A DNA stretch of 64,000 nucleotides from positions 39,806,001 to 39,870,000 of the forward strand of contig CM119371.1 of assembly GCA_051294905.1 (NCBI GenBank). The letters are read 5' to 3'. Source of the stretch: Botryllus schlosseri. Taxonomy: Eukaryota. Below are positions 1 to 13,820 of this stretch, in pieces. Made by a program: the position numbers and the translations under genes. Position 1 is the stretch's first letter; every line of letters begins with the position of its first letter. The notes beneath the pieces are model-generated. The model searched no databases, had not been told where the DNA came from, and saw only the letters and a program-made list of their open reading frames with translations.

Positions 1-1272
1 AGAATTAGAGCTACACAGTTTTTTTCCAAATTAGATCAGGATTATAATTAGAGCTACACAGTTTTTTTTCCAAATAAAATTATAATTACAGCTACACAGT
101 TTTTTCCCAATAAGATTAGAATTAGAGCTACACAGTTTTTTCCAAATAAAATTATAATTAGAGCTACACAGTTTTTCCCGAATTAGATTGGAATTGGAAA
201 TAGAGCTAAATAGTTTTTTACGAATTAGATTGAAATTAGAATTAGAGCTAATGTTTTTTCCAAATTAGATTGGAATTAGACTTATACAGTTTTCCAAAAT
301 TATGGTATATTAGAATCAGAATTAGAGCTAGTTTTTTTTCCGAATTAGATTAGAATTAGAATTTGAGCTACGAAGCTTTTTCCAAATTAGATTAGAATTA
401 GCGCTACACAGTAGGGGTGCCCAAAAATGACTTTTTTTCCAAATTCTATTGGCTGTTAGATAAAATTGATAGGTTACCTAATTGAAGCCTGCACACAAAG
501 TTTGGTTCAATTCCAGCCAGTAGCCGCATTGCTACTGGAGGAGAATGTTTTTTCATTTATTATATAAAATAAATTAAAAAAATTAAAATGAATTCAAAAT
601 TTTCTGTTCATCCCATGAAATTGTTCGGTTTTCTATAGAAACGATGTTCACCAAATTTGGCTCAATTCCAACCAGCGGAAGCGGAGTTATTGAGTATAAG
701 TATATTGCCTTGACGTGCAATGGTTCAGACACTGACAAGACCGAGACGCTTAGGAAACGGCGTAGGGCGTCCTAGAGCTTTGTGAGGTATCGTGCGCAGC
801 TCAAACTGTTTAAAATAAAATGAAATTTATGATCATGATATTTCTTGTGCACAGCGTTTTACTAATATAAAGTTTTAATGCGTGGCTGCTCAACTGCGTA
901 GTCTATTTTGTCTCGATATTGCATTCTTGCGGCCCGCGGCCTCTACGAATTTTGAAAAGTGGCCAGCGACCCGTTTTGAGTTGACGACATCTGCACTATA
1001 CAGTTCTCCTGAATGACTGCACGGTGTACGCAATGCGATGGCGACTTGGCACAGGATCTCCCTGCAAAATGCCGTGTACAAATAAATATTTTCAGGAAAA
1101 CAATAAACTAGATTAGAATTAGAATTAGAGCATAAGAACAATTTACAAATCACATTAGAATTAGAATTAGAGCATAGAAGCATCACACAAATTAGAGTAG
1201 AAGTAGATTACTGGCATTTCGTTCTAAATTAATGAAACTAGACAACTAGAATTATCTCATTGTCCAAGTCTG
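1..1272. mobile_element. Right part of a satellite-bearing TIR element (AATTAG-rich tandem repeats), with other MITE remnants nested inside
   Basis: Degenerate ~40-45 bp repeats (aattagagctacacagtttttttccaaattag) at 1-410 and attaga-rich repeats at 1108-1250. Ends in TGTCCAAGTCTG (1261-1272), matching the termini of the related element at 62652-63546. Confidence 0.6.
412..700 (+). mobile_element. Truncated MITE of the TAGGGGTG/TAGGGTGG family
   Basis: Similar to the left arm of 15205-15824 and to 16095-16480 (shared ccaaatttggctcaattccaaccag motif). Confidence 0.7.
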
Positions 1273-1766
1273 ATGGTCTGATTCCATTCTGACGTGATTC
1301 AGAATGGAATCACTCAGGTACTCAATCTTGCCCAGGCAAACTTATAGGATATTACATTTTCCACTTTCCCTTGAAGTAGTTTTATTAAGTCTTTAAAGGG
1401 TCAGTTCTACTTGTAATCGCGTATATATTCAACAAGTTACGTCTACTTCTACTTGATTAGCAAGGTTGAGTACTCTGACCAGCTCTGCGTACACTTAAGA
1501 CTCGACTCGCAATATTGAAGACGAGGGGTGTTAAATTTTTTTTTCAAATTTCATCGGCTTAATTGTCAAATAGCCAGGTTACCTAAAAAAACGTTGCACA
1601 CCAAATATGACTCAATTCCAAACAGTATATCCCGAGGTCGCTCAAATTGAAATTTCGGTCGTTTATGCAATAATAGCATTTACGGTGACCAATTTCGTCA
1701 CACCGACATGACCAAAAATCGTGTTCCAGGTTTTGATCTTAACAAGGGCATATGGTGGAGTTTGGA

Positions 1767-2148
1767 CAGGGTTGTAATGACTCGTGCCAAGTCATACGAC
1801 TCCAGACAGACGGTCAAGACCGACATTTCATTGTAATTTTGAAGAATAGTAAAGTAACCACACTATTAGGATTTCGTCTATTGGTACTGGTACTTTGAAA
1901 TATGACCAGAAACTGCTAAAAGGGAGGAAAATTGGTATAAGATAAATGTGAACCAATAGATATCATCAAACAGAGTTATAAAATGTGGGTTTAACAAGAT
2001 TTTATCAGGAAACTGAGCAGTCAACACAATGACTTGGACTCGACTCGAGTTATAATACTGTGACTCAGTGTTGGATTGAAAATGACTCGACTTGACTCAA
2101 GTCAAAACTGTAAAAGTGAGATCGACTTGCGACTTGGGTACAGTCCTG
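1767..2148 (+). mobile_element. hAT-type MITE, CAGGGTTGTAA/GACTCGAGTC family (internally deleted copy)
   Basis: Termini CAGGGTTGTA...TACAGTCCTG; 8-bp TSD agtttgga/ggtttgga. Confidence 0.85.
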
Positions 2149-2490
2149 GGTTTGGATGAAGACACCGCCCATTACACACGATGCCCATTAGTCTTATCGT
2201 TCACCTGTGATATAGTAGGCTACTATAGAAGTGCTGCAGAGCAAATAATAAAATATCATATAATATCAAATTGAATAGTGAAGAAATGTACATTGGACTG
2301 ACAAAGAATATAGATATTGACTATCACTTGAGAAATGTATTTACCCGTATTTTACGTGCTTATTGTCAATTCATGACCTTTTCGTGGCCGTTAATTTCAG
2401 TGTGTAAAGTACTCTATTTGAAGATTTTCTCACCATCGTTTTAAAGTCTCTATTTCAATGAAGTGAACCAATCTCCAGGTAATCCGTGTC

Positions 2491-3821
2491 CAGGGGCGTA
2501 TCCAGAGCGCGAAAAAGGGGGGGGTTTTGCGTAACGAAATTGGCCATTATTACGTCATCATTACGATCACTCGTCTCCACGCCGTGGCGAATATTTACGA
2601 TATTGTATAGTTTAATAATAAAAAGAGATTTGCGGTGAGTGGGAGATGTACGAATACGATACAGACATTGCCTGAAAATCGCGTTTTTTTCACGGTATGA
2701 TCGAAAGAAATTCGTAAATGCTCACATTTAGTCATGAGCCGGCAAACGCCGCCCGTCTCCAAGCGCCTAGTTCCGGCCAGAGATGCGCGATTTTGTCAGG
2801 TTTTGACGATATTACGCGCACGGCCGGTAGTATCGCAGCGGACGAACAAGCGCGGAATAGGGCGGTAGCATAAACGAGGGCGATCGCGACCGCCACAGAG
2901 AGGTGTAGTGTGAACAGTGACGTCGTACACCAATGTGTGCTTTTCGATGGCTTTACTAGCCGTACGGCTGAGCGTGTTGTACGCGCGAAGATAATTAGGC
3001 CTTAATTGCAAGCACGCAAGTCAGTAAATTAATACAGAGTACACACTGGGATAATAACTTGATCGACAGAGAAACTTGTCAGCAGATATAATCAGGTTAA
3101 CTTTACTACTAGGCCTACTCAATTCTCCCGTTCAGCGACAACATAGGCCTGTATTTGGACGACAGCAAGCCACCTAACAATCGGGAACGTGGATCGCTAG
3201 GCTTGTATTTTGTAATGTGAATGTTAATCGCAGGCCATTTCTCGCTAATAATCGCGAAGACAATGTGGATTAGAGAACAGCATTGTCGTACTGGTGCCGT
3301 CGTGTCTGCGTCTCGCTGATCAATCAACACGCCGCCGCGTGCAATTCTTAATTAGGATTTCAAGGCGAGCAGGTGGAGCGAATTCGCGAGCGATGTTGAT
3401 TGCCGACAACTTCGTCTTTGCAATTACGTATCGCGTCGACCAATTAGATTAGATTTTCCTAAAATGCGTCTCTCGTTTTAGCAAGGCGAGAGAGAAATCG
3501 AGGGAAGAAAGTTGAGAACGTCAGCAACTGCCACAGCTGAAATGTAGCTGAACAAGCGTAGAATTCGTACGGAATTAGCGAAATATAACGACTTATTTTA
3601 TCCTTTCGACTAATTCAACGCATAATTCCAATATTTTGTAGGGGTGTTAGTCCCCTTAAATAACATTAAGACGCCATATTCGCCTTCTTATACGTAAAAA
3701 CGAATATGTTAAACTAATAAATTAGCAAACATTAGAGGCTATATTTGACATCAATTTTTTGGATTTTGAAAAGGGGGGGGGGGTTCCGACCCCCTAAAAC
3801 CCCCCCCTGGATACGCCACTG
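2491..3821 (+). mobile_element. Non-autonomous hAT element, about 1.33 kb (copy 1)
   Basis: TIR CAGGGGCGTATCCAG...CTGGATACGCCACTG; perfect 8-bp TSD TCCGTGTC; near-identical copy at 13821-15137. Confidence 0.92.
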
Positions 3822-4577
3822 TCCGTGTCATATCTTTTTTTCGTTTACTGGCGATGCCTTCATTCAAACCCCACCATTGGCCCTTGTCAAGATCAACACA
3901 ATTGGAAAATACATCCCTGCCACTTCAGGAATACCTGGAACACGGTTTTTGGTCATGTCGGTGTGACGAAATTGGTCACCGTAAATACTATTATTTCAAA
4001 AATGACCGAAATTTCAATTTGAGTCACCTCGGCTTCTACTGGTTGGAATTGAGTCAAATTTGGTGTGCAACGTTTTTTTAGGTAACCTGACGATTTGACA
4101 ACGAAGCCGATGAAATTTGAAAAAAAAGAGAGACGAGATGCGGAGGTTGACAACACAATCTTCAATTGAAAAATCCGTCTCAATGAACTGTGCATGGTAT
4201 ATTTACTGAAAATATCAAATTAAATATTTTATGTTTTTCCCAATAAAAATAGTAAAACTTGAGATTCCGAAACACCATATCAACTCTACTTGAATTGCAA
4301 CAGAAAGTCATTCCGTGCAGATCTGAAAAGAAATAGCGGGTATGCACACGAAACACCTCGAATTATGCTTGATTCAGGCGCGCAAAAGAAATCGTTTTAC
4401 TCCTGATATCTGTTATATAGTTAGACCATGATTACTTGATTATCCACTTGTGGATAAAGTATGGATAAAAGTAGATTTAAATAGGATAAAAGAACCGATT
4501 AACCACAATGTAATGTTTGAGTTTTAAAGCAAACTTGAAACTGTATATTTATGAGAAGAAAAATATCAATAACTGAC

Positions 4578-4733
4578 CTTTTCCAATTTGCGATCTGATA
4601 ACTGCCGCAAATCATCCTGCTTGGCCAACAGATGTTGTTGTTCGTTCAATTTGATAAATTCTGCATCGAAAAGTATCCCGAGAAATACCACGTCAGTTAC
4701 GCAATCAATCTGGTCGACAGACAGAGTAGATGT
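4578..4733 (-). CDS. Putative internal exon of an unidentified gene (TSTLSVDQIDCVTDVVFLGILFDAEFIKLNEQQHLLAKQDDLRQLSDRKLEK)
   Basis: ttttcacag acceptor, AAG/gtcagt donor, 156 nt open in phase 0-0, non-repetitive. Confidence 0.5.
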
Positions 4734-6015
4734 CTGTGAAAATGTTGTCAGTTACATCACATCCTACGAAGAACTCATTCTCAGAGATACGACCAATCAT
4801 AAGAGAATATTGCCACTACATATAGCCAATGCCGGTAAGACGATGAGATCTCGTTATCAGAACATAGCTTGCCAAACGAGTCGTCTGAAATTGCGCACAT
4901 GAATAACACAACCGCTACATGAATTATATTGACTGAGACTTTCATGAAAATATATTAGCTCCCTCCATATCTATATTGCGCGAAGTATCACCAAATTCTC
5001 GACTCTCCATAAAAACGGTCACTGAATTTCTTCGTCATGGTCTCTTTCTCTCTTATTGGAAGTACATAACACTTCTACTTGACAAACTGTAAATGGCGAA
5101 AAGTAAGTTGGTGAGTCACAAAATATGACAAAGTACAAGTAGAAGTAGAGCGGCGGAAAATTTGATTTACTCGAGTGAGTACTACAAGTAGAGGGAAATA
5201 CTTGAGTACTTGGAAAGTAGAAGTTCCCCCTCTGGATTTGAATTAATAGAATACTCCCAACCAACCTTTCACTGTATCGCACGGTTATTTAAATTGAGTA
5301 AAGTCGACTAAAGTTTGATAAACGGTGATTTGAATTGATTGAAATTAAATATCCGATTTCAAATCGTAGCCTTCTCTCGGGTATGACCTGATGATGATAT
5401 GGTCAAGTACTGCTTACGCCATAATAACGCTCATAATTACGTCATAAGCAGAGGTGGCTACACTACACCGTGAATCCATTGCTGTATGTGATTATTATGT
5501 TGCTTTACAGCTTCGTAGTGAAGTCAGTGAAATAAACAAAGATCCGATCATCAGCATGAACCCGTTTATATAAAATATTAAATTTCATTTTGCCCATGAC
5601 TCTGGATCCCCCAAAAATCAGCGTCGAATTGTGCATTGTGATGGAGCTTGGCATTGTGACACACCAATGCTGCCTGGCTCTTGCTCCTGAGCTACAGCAT
5701 TGTTGTCAGACAACATTGTTGCGTCACAATGCCCAACAACAACACAATGTAAAATACAAGGCTGATTTTAGGGGGGAAATAAAATTTCTATTTTCGTAAT
5801 CGGTAGAGCAGTAGATTTCCATCAGTACACGTTTTATCAAATTCGCCACTCGACAAACTGGTCAAAATTGACCTTAGATTGCCTTTGGACAAATGGAATG
5901 TATGGCGTAACCCAATTGCAGTGAGCCGTTTAATCTCAACGTGTACACACCATATATAGGTCACTGGTGAATTGAACTAAGATCCGATCATCAGTAATGA
6001 TGTCATCATTCCAAC

Positions 6016-6114
6016 CTTGATGGTAAACTGACCACTAACACCGTCAGTTATCTCGATGACATCTTCTCCGTTCTTCAAATCAAAACCCCATCCTCCTGGA
6101 GACAGCTCGACAAC
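6016..6114 (-). CDS. Putative internal exon of the same unidentified gene (VVELSPGGWGFDLKNGEDVIEITDGVSGQFTIK)
   Basis: aattttcag acceptor, AAG/gttgga donor, 99 nt open in phase 0-0; phase-compatible with 4578-4733. Confidence 0.45.
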
Positions 6115-6218
6115 CTGAAAATTGTTCAGAAACTCGAGTATTCCATCATCCAAAAATATTGTGACGTCATATCAGATATACAGTGATGACAACAGCATCG
6201 GAAAACGTCACCGACACG

Positions 6219-6811
6219 CAGGTTTGTAATGACTCGAGTCACGATTTTCTGATGACTCGACTTGACTCGAGTCATTTTCTCAAAATACGGAAATGAATCG
6301 ACTCGACTCCAGTCAATTTGTGTATTGGACTCACCTTGGACTCGAGTCATTGCGAATGACTCGAGCCCAGTCATATGACTCCAAGACCAACATTTCATTA
6401 TTGTTGTTGTTGTTTGTGGAATTCATGGTATTTGTCAACTACTATGGTCATTTACACCAGGCCGATATTCTGCATTTTTATTCTTATGGCACGTCCCACT
6501 TCTAGGCCTTTTGTAAGACATTGCCGGTACTTGAAAATGCGACCAGAAACTGTGAAAAGTGAGGAAAATTTGTACATTATAAATGCAAACTATTCGATAT
6601 CACCAAACAAAGTTTTAAAAGGGGGTTTAACAAGACTTTAACTGGAGACCGAGCAGTGAACACAATGACTCGGACTCGAGCCGTTGCTCGATGACTTGGA
6701 CTCGGACATGACTCAGTGGCGAATTGAAAATGACTCGACTTGGCTCGAGTCAAAACTGTATAAGTGTAATTGACTTGTGACTCGGAGCCTTGTGTCTTGG
6801 TTACAACCCTG
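6219..6811 (+). mobile_element. hAT-type MITE, CAGGGTTGTAA/GACTCGAGTC family
   Basis: TIR CAGGTTTGTAA...TTACAACCCTG; perfect 8-bp TSD CCGACACG; many subterminal GACTCGAGTC palindromes. Confidence 0.92.
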
Positions 6812-6938
6812 CCGACACGGTTCACAGTATTCCAGCATTTACACTAATTCACGAGACATTTCAAGGGATTTTCGTTTTTATCATCGGTGCGCAAAATACG
6901 ACAGTTTGTCATTGTGAGCATGTATATAATTATATATA

Positions 6939-7583
6939 CCGTAATTTTCCGAGTATAGTACGCCCCCATGTATAATACACACCCCTAAAATAGCATGTAA
7001 ATTCTGGGGAAAAGCCTGTACCCATGTAGGCCTATAGTACGCACCCTGCATTTCAGTACATGAATAGTTCCGATGTCGTATACGATCCTTATCGCTGACG
7101 CCTTACCAATTACATTTCATTATCCTGACTCAGCTCTGAGTAGCATAATCGTTTAAATACATTTCATTGACTGTCCTGTAGCCTATTTGCTGTAAGTCGC
7201 TCAAACCTTTGGTTCTTAACAGTCGCTTGAAACCTTTTTCTGTTCTTGTAGTTTTCAGTACTCATGATTAGGAATAGTTCGAATACGTTCCAGTTTTTTT
7301 AATTAAAGGGTATTCTACATATATCAGGAATGAAACATGAATAGCTTGAGATTGTTACTAATTACGTCACTACGGTTGGCAAAGAACACCTCTTTACTGA
7401 ATCAATTACCTGTTAAATTGTAATTGTAATTATAATTGTAATGTAATTGAAACATACAAGGAAGTAATTGTAATTGTAATTGAATTAAAATATTGTAATT
7501 GATCTAACTCTGATACGCACCCCCCCCCTATTTTAGGGCAAAAAATCGTGATAATTTTGCGGATTATACATGGAAAATTACGG
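6939..7583 (-). mobile_element. Tc1/mariner-pogo-type MITE (CCGTAATTTTCC TIR, TA target)
   Basis: TA|CCGTAATTTTCC...GGAAAATTACGG|TA inside a (TA)n tract; ends shared with 12070-13014 in the opposite orientation. Confidence 0.85.
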
Positions 7584-7595
7584 TATATATATATG

Positions 7596-8186
7596 AAGGG
7601 TAGTTCAAAAATACTTTTTTTTGGATCCACGGGATTCACTGATTACATTGTCAGGTTGCCTAAAAAAACGCTGCACACTAAATTTGGCTCAATTCCTACC
7701 AGTAGAGGCCGACGCAGAGTCAGTTGAAATTTATTATTTTTAATAATAATTACTGTAATCCTCGTGGAATTGTTCAGTTGTCTACGAAAACCATGCGAAA
7801 CAAATTTGACGTAACGCCAACCCATAGAAGCCAAGTTATTCGAGTTTTTCATCAATAATTTTCGGTTTTACCACCGACAATGCTATTTTTGCAAGTTTAG
7901 GACTTTCAACTGCAATCACTTCGCTTCTTCCGGTTGGAATGGAGCAAAAATTGTCATGCTTCGTTCTTTCAGGTAACTGAACAATCTTATGGAGTTGGCA
8001 GTAAAAGTGGAACAATTTAATTTTCAATTTTGGTATATTAAATTCAAAATTTCAATTGGCTCTGCGTTGGCTTATACTGTTTCTAATCGAGCCAAATTTG
8101 ATGTGCAGCGATTATTTAACCAACCTAACAATTTAATCAGGAAATCCACGGAATCTGAAAAAAAAAGTTATCTTTGAACAATCCTA
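7596..8186. mobile_element. Palindromic MITE, TAGGG..TTCAAAAA family
   Basis: Arms are imperfect reverse complements (aagggtagttcaaaaata / tatctttgaacaatccta); family motifs shared with 37747-38365. Confidence 0.7.
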
Positions 8187-11100
8187 ATGTATATTTGTAT
8201 TGTATAATATTGTATGCATGTTTTATGAGCAGACCTGATATGGCATGATAGCTTCTACTATACTGTTATACTGTTATTATCGGCAAACGATTTGCCGATG
8301 TGATATCAGAACTCACTGTGTTGACCTATTGCTAATTAGATGGGCGCTTTCTTGAGGACTTGAAATCATCCCCTGCGTGCTAATTCATGTCTACATGCTC
8401 ACTCAAGAATTGCCGCGTTCCCAGTAATGCCGCTTGTTACCGAAGGCAGTCAGTGACGAAGTGCTTCTACTTTTTGAAGCACACAAGTCATTTTCGACTA
8501 CTTCTAGTACTTACTCAAGTAAAACTAATATTTCGCTACTTCCACTTCTACTTCATATTAGTTTGCGACTTACATACTTTCCACTATTTACAGTTTGTGA
8601 ATTAAAATGATTATATTATTCCAATAGAGTAAGAGAGAGATAGAGAATGAGACTAAAAAAATTTAGCGACGTTTTTTGCCGAGTATCAAAAATAATTTAC
8701 CTATCACAAAAGTTTAAAAAGTTCGGAATGTTTGTCGTGCTTCGAGCGAAATAGATATGGAGCGACAAGAATGTTTTCATGGAGCTGTTGGTCAGTATCA
8801 TTTAGGTAGGTTCATTTCATAACACACTTTCGCCTGTATGACACGTTTCATCACAGTAAATTTGGCTCAGAAAATATATTCGGAACTATCTCATCGTATT
8901 CTTGCATTCTAGCCACACATCGAGTGCTCAAACAGCGAAAAAGTGGTCCTTGACTTTTTAGCACTAGACCCTTGAGCGGCAACCACCGTTGAAACCGTCT
9001 GAAACCTGTTTTACATATTGTAGTTGAATTTCTCTTCATGCACGGTATCATTACAGTTGGTTTTTTAATCAATCTTCGTTCTTTTGTCCGAGACACATAC
9101 GCATAGAAGTGTAATGTTACGAAGTAAATTGGAACGTGAATGGCATTTTACAATCTCCCGTATTGTTGTTTCACGTAACAATCATCGCACAAATCGGTAA
9201 TACTGTTTCTGATACAACTCCATGTCGCTTTTCGCCTTAACTATGGGCCTTATAATACTGCGGAGGGCATAATTCCATGACATTATCTGAAATCGAGCTC
9301 TGGGGTAAACGAAAGTTGAGAGTCGCTTCTTTGAAGTAAAGCCATCATTTGCATCCCACGATGCGGTCGAATACGAATCCAGCTCTCTGTACCATTCGAA
9401 GGGCCCAGTTTCCGGCTTTTGACAGCCAACGACAGCGTATTTATGGCTGCTTATCACAGCTACCTACTTAGTTGATTACTTGAGTACATTTTAGCTTCGC
9501 TACTCCTAATTCTACTTGAAGAAGTTTTAGGATGCTTAAAAAAGGGCTACTTTTACTCGTACTTTAGTAAATTTTAGCTTCGCTACTTCTACTCCTACTT
9601 GACTAGATTACTTGACTGCATTGACCACCTCTGATTGTTACTCGCACAGTGCATTTCGCAGTGGCATGTGGCGTTGGAACACGCAACTGCGACATAATTT
9701 GTAACAAATGCTGATGCCCATATTCTGAATTCATTTTAGTTGCCAATAAGCTTGATCGCCAACGAACTGACAGGCATCCAGCACGCCAATATTGAACTTC
9801 AGTCAATTGTGTATTTAGTAGAAAGCTGATTTCTATGTTTAGGTCTCGACATTCGCTGAGCGTTCCTAGTGCTGCTGCTACTCTAGATAACTCACCATTT
9901 CACTGAATTCGATTGCATAGCTCGGTATTAATGACACGTGCGAATATGAAAACATCATATCAATGGTAAATGTACGTCTTGTGGATGAATGCAAATGGCT
10001 TGTAGCAAAATGCCTTCTCTAGCGACTATGACATCACGGATCATGAGTGATTGTGACGTCACAAGTCGCCGCATACCCACATAATATCACGCCTACACTT
10101 CTTAGTACGCAACTAAATCTTAGAATCGAACTCACTTCCCAATCCAAATTTCCAGATAGCGACACAATCTGACGATGTCTAAGTAATGAACGTAGTGCTG
10201 TTGCCGAGAAATCGTTTCCATACAATTTCACTTCCTTCACCTAAAACGATGGAAACATGATATGAAGTGTTGACAGAAACTAAGTGTGAAAGTCAGTCTG
10301 AAATCAAATCATCAGCGTCAAAATACAAAGTAACTGAGCCGTAATCAATTCGCTTTACTATTGAAGGATCTTCGATGTAGCCGACATTACAAAGTGATAT
10401 CTTAAAGGTGGTGATATCAGCGACTGTCAGTGAATAAAATATCCATTGCGAGTGTTTGCGACTAATGTCATGTAGTGATATCATGCCATTCATTACCATT
10501 ATATTTGGAATAATTTAAAAATTCATATTCGCTGCGCCTTTAAATTCCAAGAATAGGAGTCGATTCCAGATTTACATAATTGTGCGTGTGAGCAGCAATC
10601 CCTTGCATATTGAACGATATGAAAAAATGGATCACATTGGAGATTACTGAAGAAATTTCGACCAACATTCATGAGAAAATGATTTGACAGGAGTAATATT
10701 ATTATTATACAAATACCCGTATGTGTTCCGAAAATATTCAAATAATTCTGCGAAGATGGAAAGCCAATATTTACATTTAAATCATTTTATAAAGACACCA
10801 GAAAGATTATACACAAAATTTCTACGACCAAAGACGGAAAAATATAGATTCCTCCATGAAGGCAAACCAAAGACACTCAATTTCATCAAATTCACTGTTC
10901 TGACGCACAAGGACTGAGCTGGCGATGATCAACACTGTCGTTGATGCGTTACAAGACTATTGATAATACCAGGGGTCAGCAGTGTTGAGCCCGCCAATTG
11001 TTCCGCTCAGGTCCGGATTCAGTTGCACATGTAAAACGTTTGCAAGAAACCCAACCTGCTATGTCAGTGGTTCTCAAACCTTTTGGACACGCCCCCGTTG

Positions 11101-11773
11101 ATGGTAGTGAAAAATTCTGCGCCCCCTTATCGCCATATCAAAAAAATACTAAAAAGTGCAGCAAGAATACTTGCAATCCCAACGCATAGTCTGGTGGTAT
11201 GTAACGTTATGACTGTTGAGATACCATTAAAATATCAAATTGGGACTAAAGACCAGGGATGGCTGCTAACCTTTCCAGCCAAAGTGCAACAAGAGATTTA
11301 CGAACCATTGGGTGGGCCACTTGAAAATTGATGACCTGTTAGTAGTCGTCCAATAAGAGCGAACCGTATTAGGTAACGGTGAAAACAAGACTTATATTAC
11401 AATGCACCAAAATCGATAGCAATTATGTCATTAAAACCCAGTAATAGCCGCGCGGAGCGAGAAATTTATTCCAGTTATAAATGAATTCCGTCAATAATAA
11501 TGGTACTTGCATATATTGCTAGTCGCCTCTGTGTACCGCTAGACTCATTTGTCAAGGACTGGAATATTCAGGACGTGGACATATCAATATCTAAGATTTT
11601 AGCGAGCATGCGTCCATCATTTTGTGCCAAGGTTTCATCGCCAACAATCTTTCTGCGAGTGTCGACATGTAGACGCATGTTGGACGACACGTTCTCTCAT
11701 AATTGCAAATATAGCTAGACTCAATTCTGTAAATTGGGCGTATTATGAATTTTCAGGGGGGGTACCAAGATAC

Positions 11774-13258
11774 CAGGGTTGTAATGACTCGATTCGAGCC
11801 ACGATTTTCTGATGACTCGACTTGACTCCAGTCATTTTCTCAAAATATGGAAATGACTCGACTCGAGTCTATCTGTGTATTGACTGGTCTTGGACTCGAG
11901 TCATTGCTCATTACTAGAACCAAGTCATATGACCCGAGACTCAGACGGCCAAGACCGACATTTTTATTGTAATTTCCAAGAATAGTTGAGTAACCACACT
12001 ATTAGGATTTCGTTTTGGTACTGGTACTTGAAAAAGGGAGGAAAATTAGTATATTATATATACGAACTACCGTAATTTTCCATGTACAATGCGCAAAATT
12101 TTCACGATTTTTTGCCCTAAAATCGGGGGGTGCGTATTATACATGGGAACAACACGCTTGAAAAAAATCTCCCTCGATAAAAAAACTTGAAATCACACCT
12201 TTCTTCATTCGTCATGTTGGTTTTCAATCACGCATCACTTTCAGCCGTCGCGCGTAGTAATTACAGGGAAGCGTGTATCCAATTACCGAGTGTCGTGTGC
12301 GAAAGCAGGCGATCTCCTGCTGAGTTGTTTTGCAGTTTGTACGCGAGCGAAATTAGGTCACTAATAGACAATCGTGCGCGGCACGGCAATTCTCGCCAAT
12401 TCATCGCGTCAACGACAGGCCCGAACAATCCCATACGCAATTTATACATACACAAGAGATCATGTGCGAGAGATAGAATCGCTTGCGTAATCAGTCGCAT
12501 CTCCAACAGATCTGTTGCGCATGACATAACCGTTAGCCTAGGCACAATCGCATCTATAATAGGCATCGTGCGCAAGATGTCGATTGTCGGTTCGTTGGCC
12601 TAAACTAACTTGCCGCGGGCTTCGCAGGCTTTGGCTGCTATCTACTATCGTTAAGTGACAATACCGTTAATTGTATAATGATTACCAATCGCATCTGTAA
12701 AAGGTCTCCTCGTGCTCAAGATGTCGTGTCGCTAGCCTGAACTATCGCGCCGCTCGCCGAGCAGGCTTTGGCTGCTATCTACTATCGTTTAAAGACAATC
12801 CCGCTAATTGTATAATGATTAGCGATCGTTGTGTAATGATTGTTCAAGAGTGACATCGCAAAACAGAATGACATCGTATACGAAATCGGAACTATTCATG
12901 TACTGAAATGCAGGCTGCGTACTATACAAGGGTACAGGCTTTTCCCCAGAATTTACATGCTATTTTAGGGGTGCATATTATACATGGGGGCGTACTATAC
13001 TTGGAAAATTACGGTATTTGATATCACCAAAACAGAGTTATAAAAAGTGGGTTCATCAAGACTTAAACTGGAAACTGAGCAGTCAACACAACGACTTGGA
13101 CTCGGGCTCGGGTCATATTTACCATGACTCGGACTCGACCCTCTGCTCGCTGACTTGACTCGGTGGTGAATTGAAAATGACTCGACTTGACTCGAGTCAA
13201 AACTATAAACGTGAGATTGTCTTGTGACTCGGAGCCTTGTGACTTTGTTACAAGCCTG
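11774..13258 (+). mobile_element. hAT-type MITE (GACTCGAGTC family) carrying a nested pogo-type MITE
   Basis: CAGGGTTGTAA...TTACAAGCCTG; perfect TSD CAAGATAC. Confidence 0.92.
12070..13014 (+). mobile_element. Tc1/mariner-pogo-type MITE nested in the hAT MITE
   Basis: TA|CCGTAATTTTCC...GGAAAATTACGG|TA; the empty site (aactattcgatatcacc) is visible in the 6219-6811 copy. Confidence 0.9.
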
Positions 13259-13820
13259 CAAGATACTAAAAGCAAGTAATAGAGATACAATAAATCACAC
13301 TAAGCGCTGAGACAAATATCTACTTCGTGGTCATAAAAAACATCTATGAAAAATGTGGCAGGGCACTACCTACGCCAATGCGTTGGAATTGATATTTTAG
13401 TTAGCAACATCTCGTATTCTGCAGTCAGGCTAATCAAGTTTATGGTTGGCCTTGCAAGTTCAAAATAAATTTCTTGGGTAATTCATTTTTTGATATTATA
13501 AATAATATTGAGGATTACCTCGCGGGTCACTCAAAGCCTTCTCGCAGGACACATGTTGGCCATCCCTGCTATCAGCTAGCTAAATCGAGCGAAACAAGAA
13601 AAAATTCTAGTTGATGTCTAAAATAATCATTTTCAATGGTAGCACGTATAGCATTAACATATTTTAGCGATTTTGGTGTCTAATATCTTATGTTTACCCA
13701 CTTCTGGCCATAAGCGAAAACAAAAACCCATGGCGCGGCTTCGTTCTAAGCCACTTTGATTTAAACCCTCATTTCCAAAATTCAAAAGGCATGTTAAAAT
13801 CATGGCATATGGCATGAGCC

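Larger units (their letters stand above)
1525..4127. mobile_element. Foldback MITE (TAGGGGTG-like family) split by two younger hAT insertions
   Basis: 1525-1766 plus 2149-2170 is the reverse complement of about 3850-4127. Confidence 0.75.

Noticed and set aside
10136..10240. Apparent LRR-like exon VKEVKLYGNDFSATALRSLL with AG/GT boundaries (NLR-like gene)
   Set aside because: It sits colinearly inside DCAF1-like copy A (FSATAL~FTCCAF at the WD40 start); the splice-like sites are probably chance.
12187..12603. 138-aa ORF within the pogo-type MITE as a transposase
   Set aside because: No HTH or DDE motifs; open on both strands in CpG-rich sequence.
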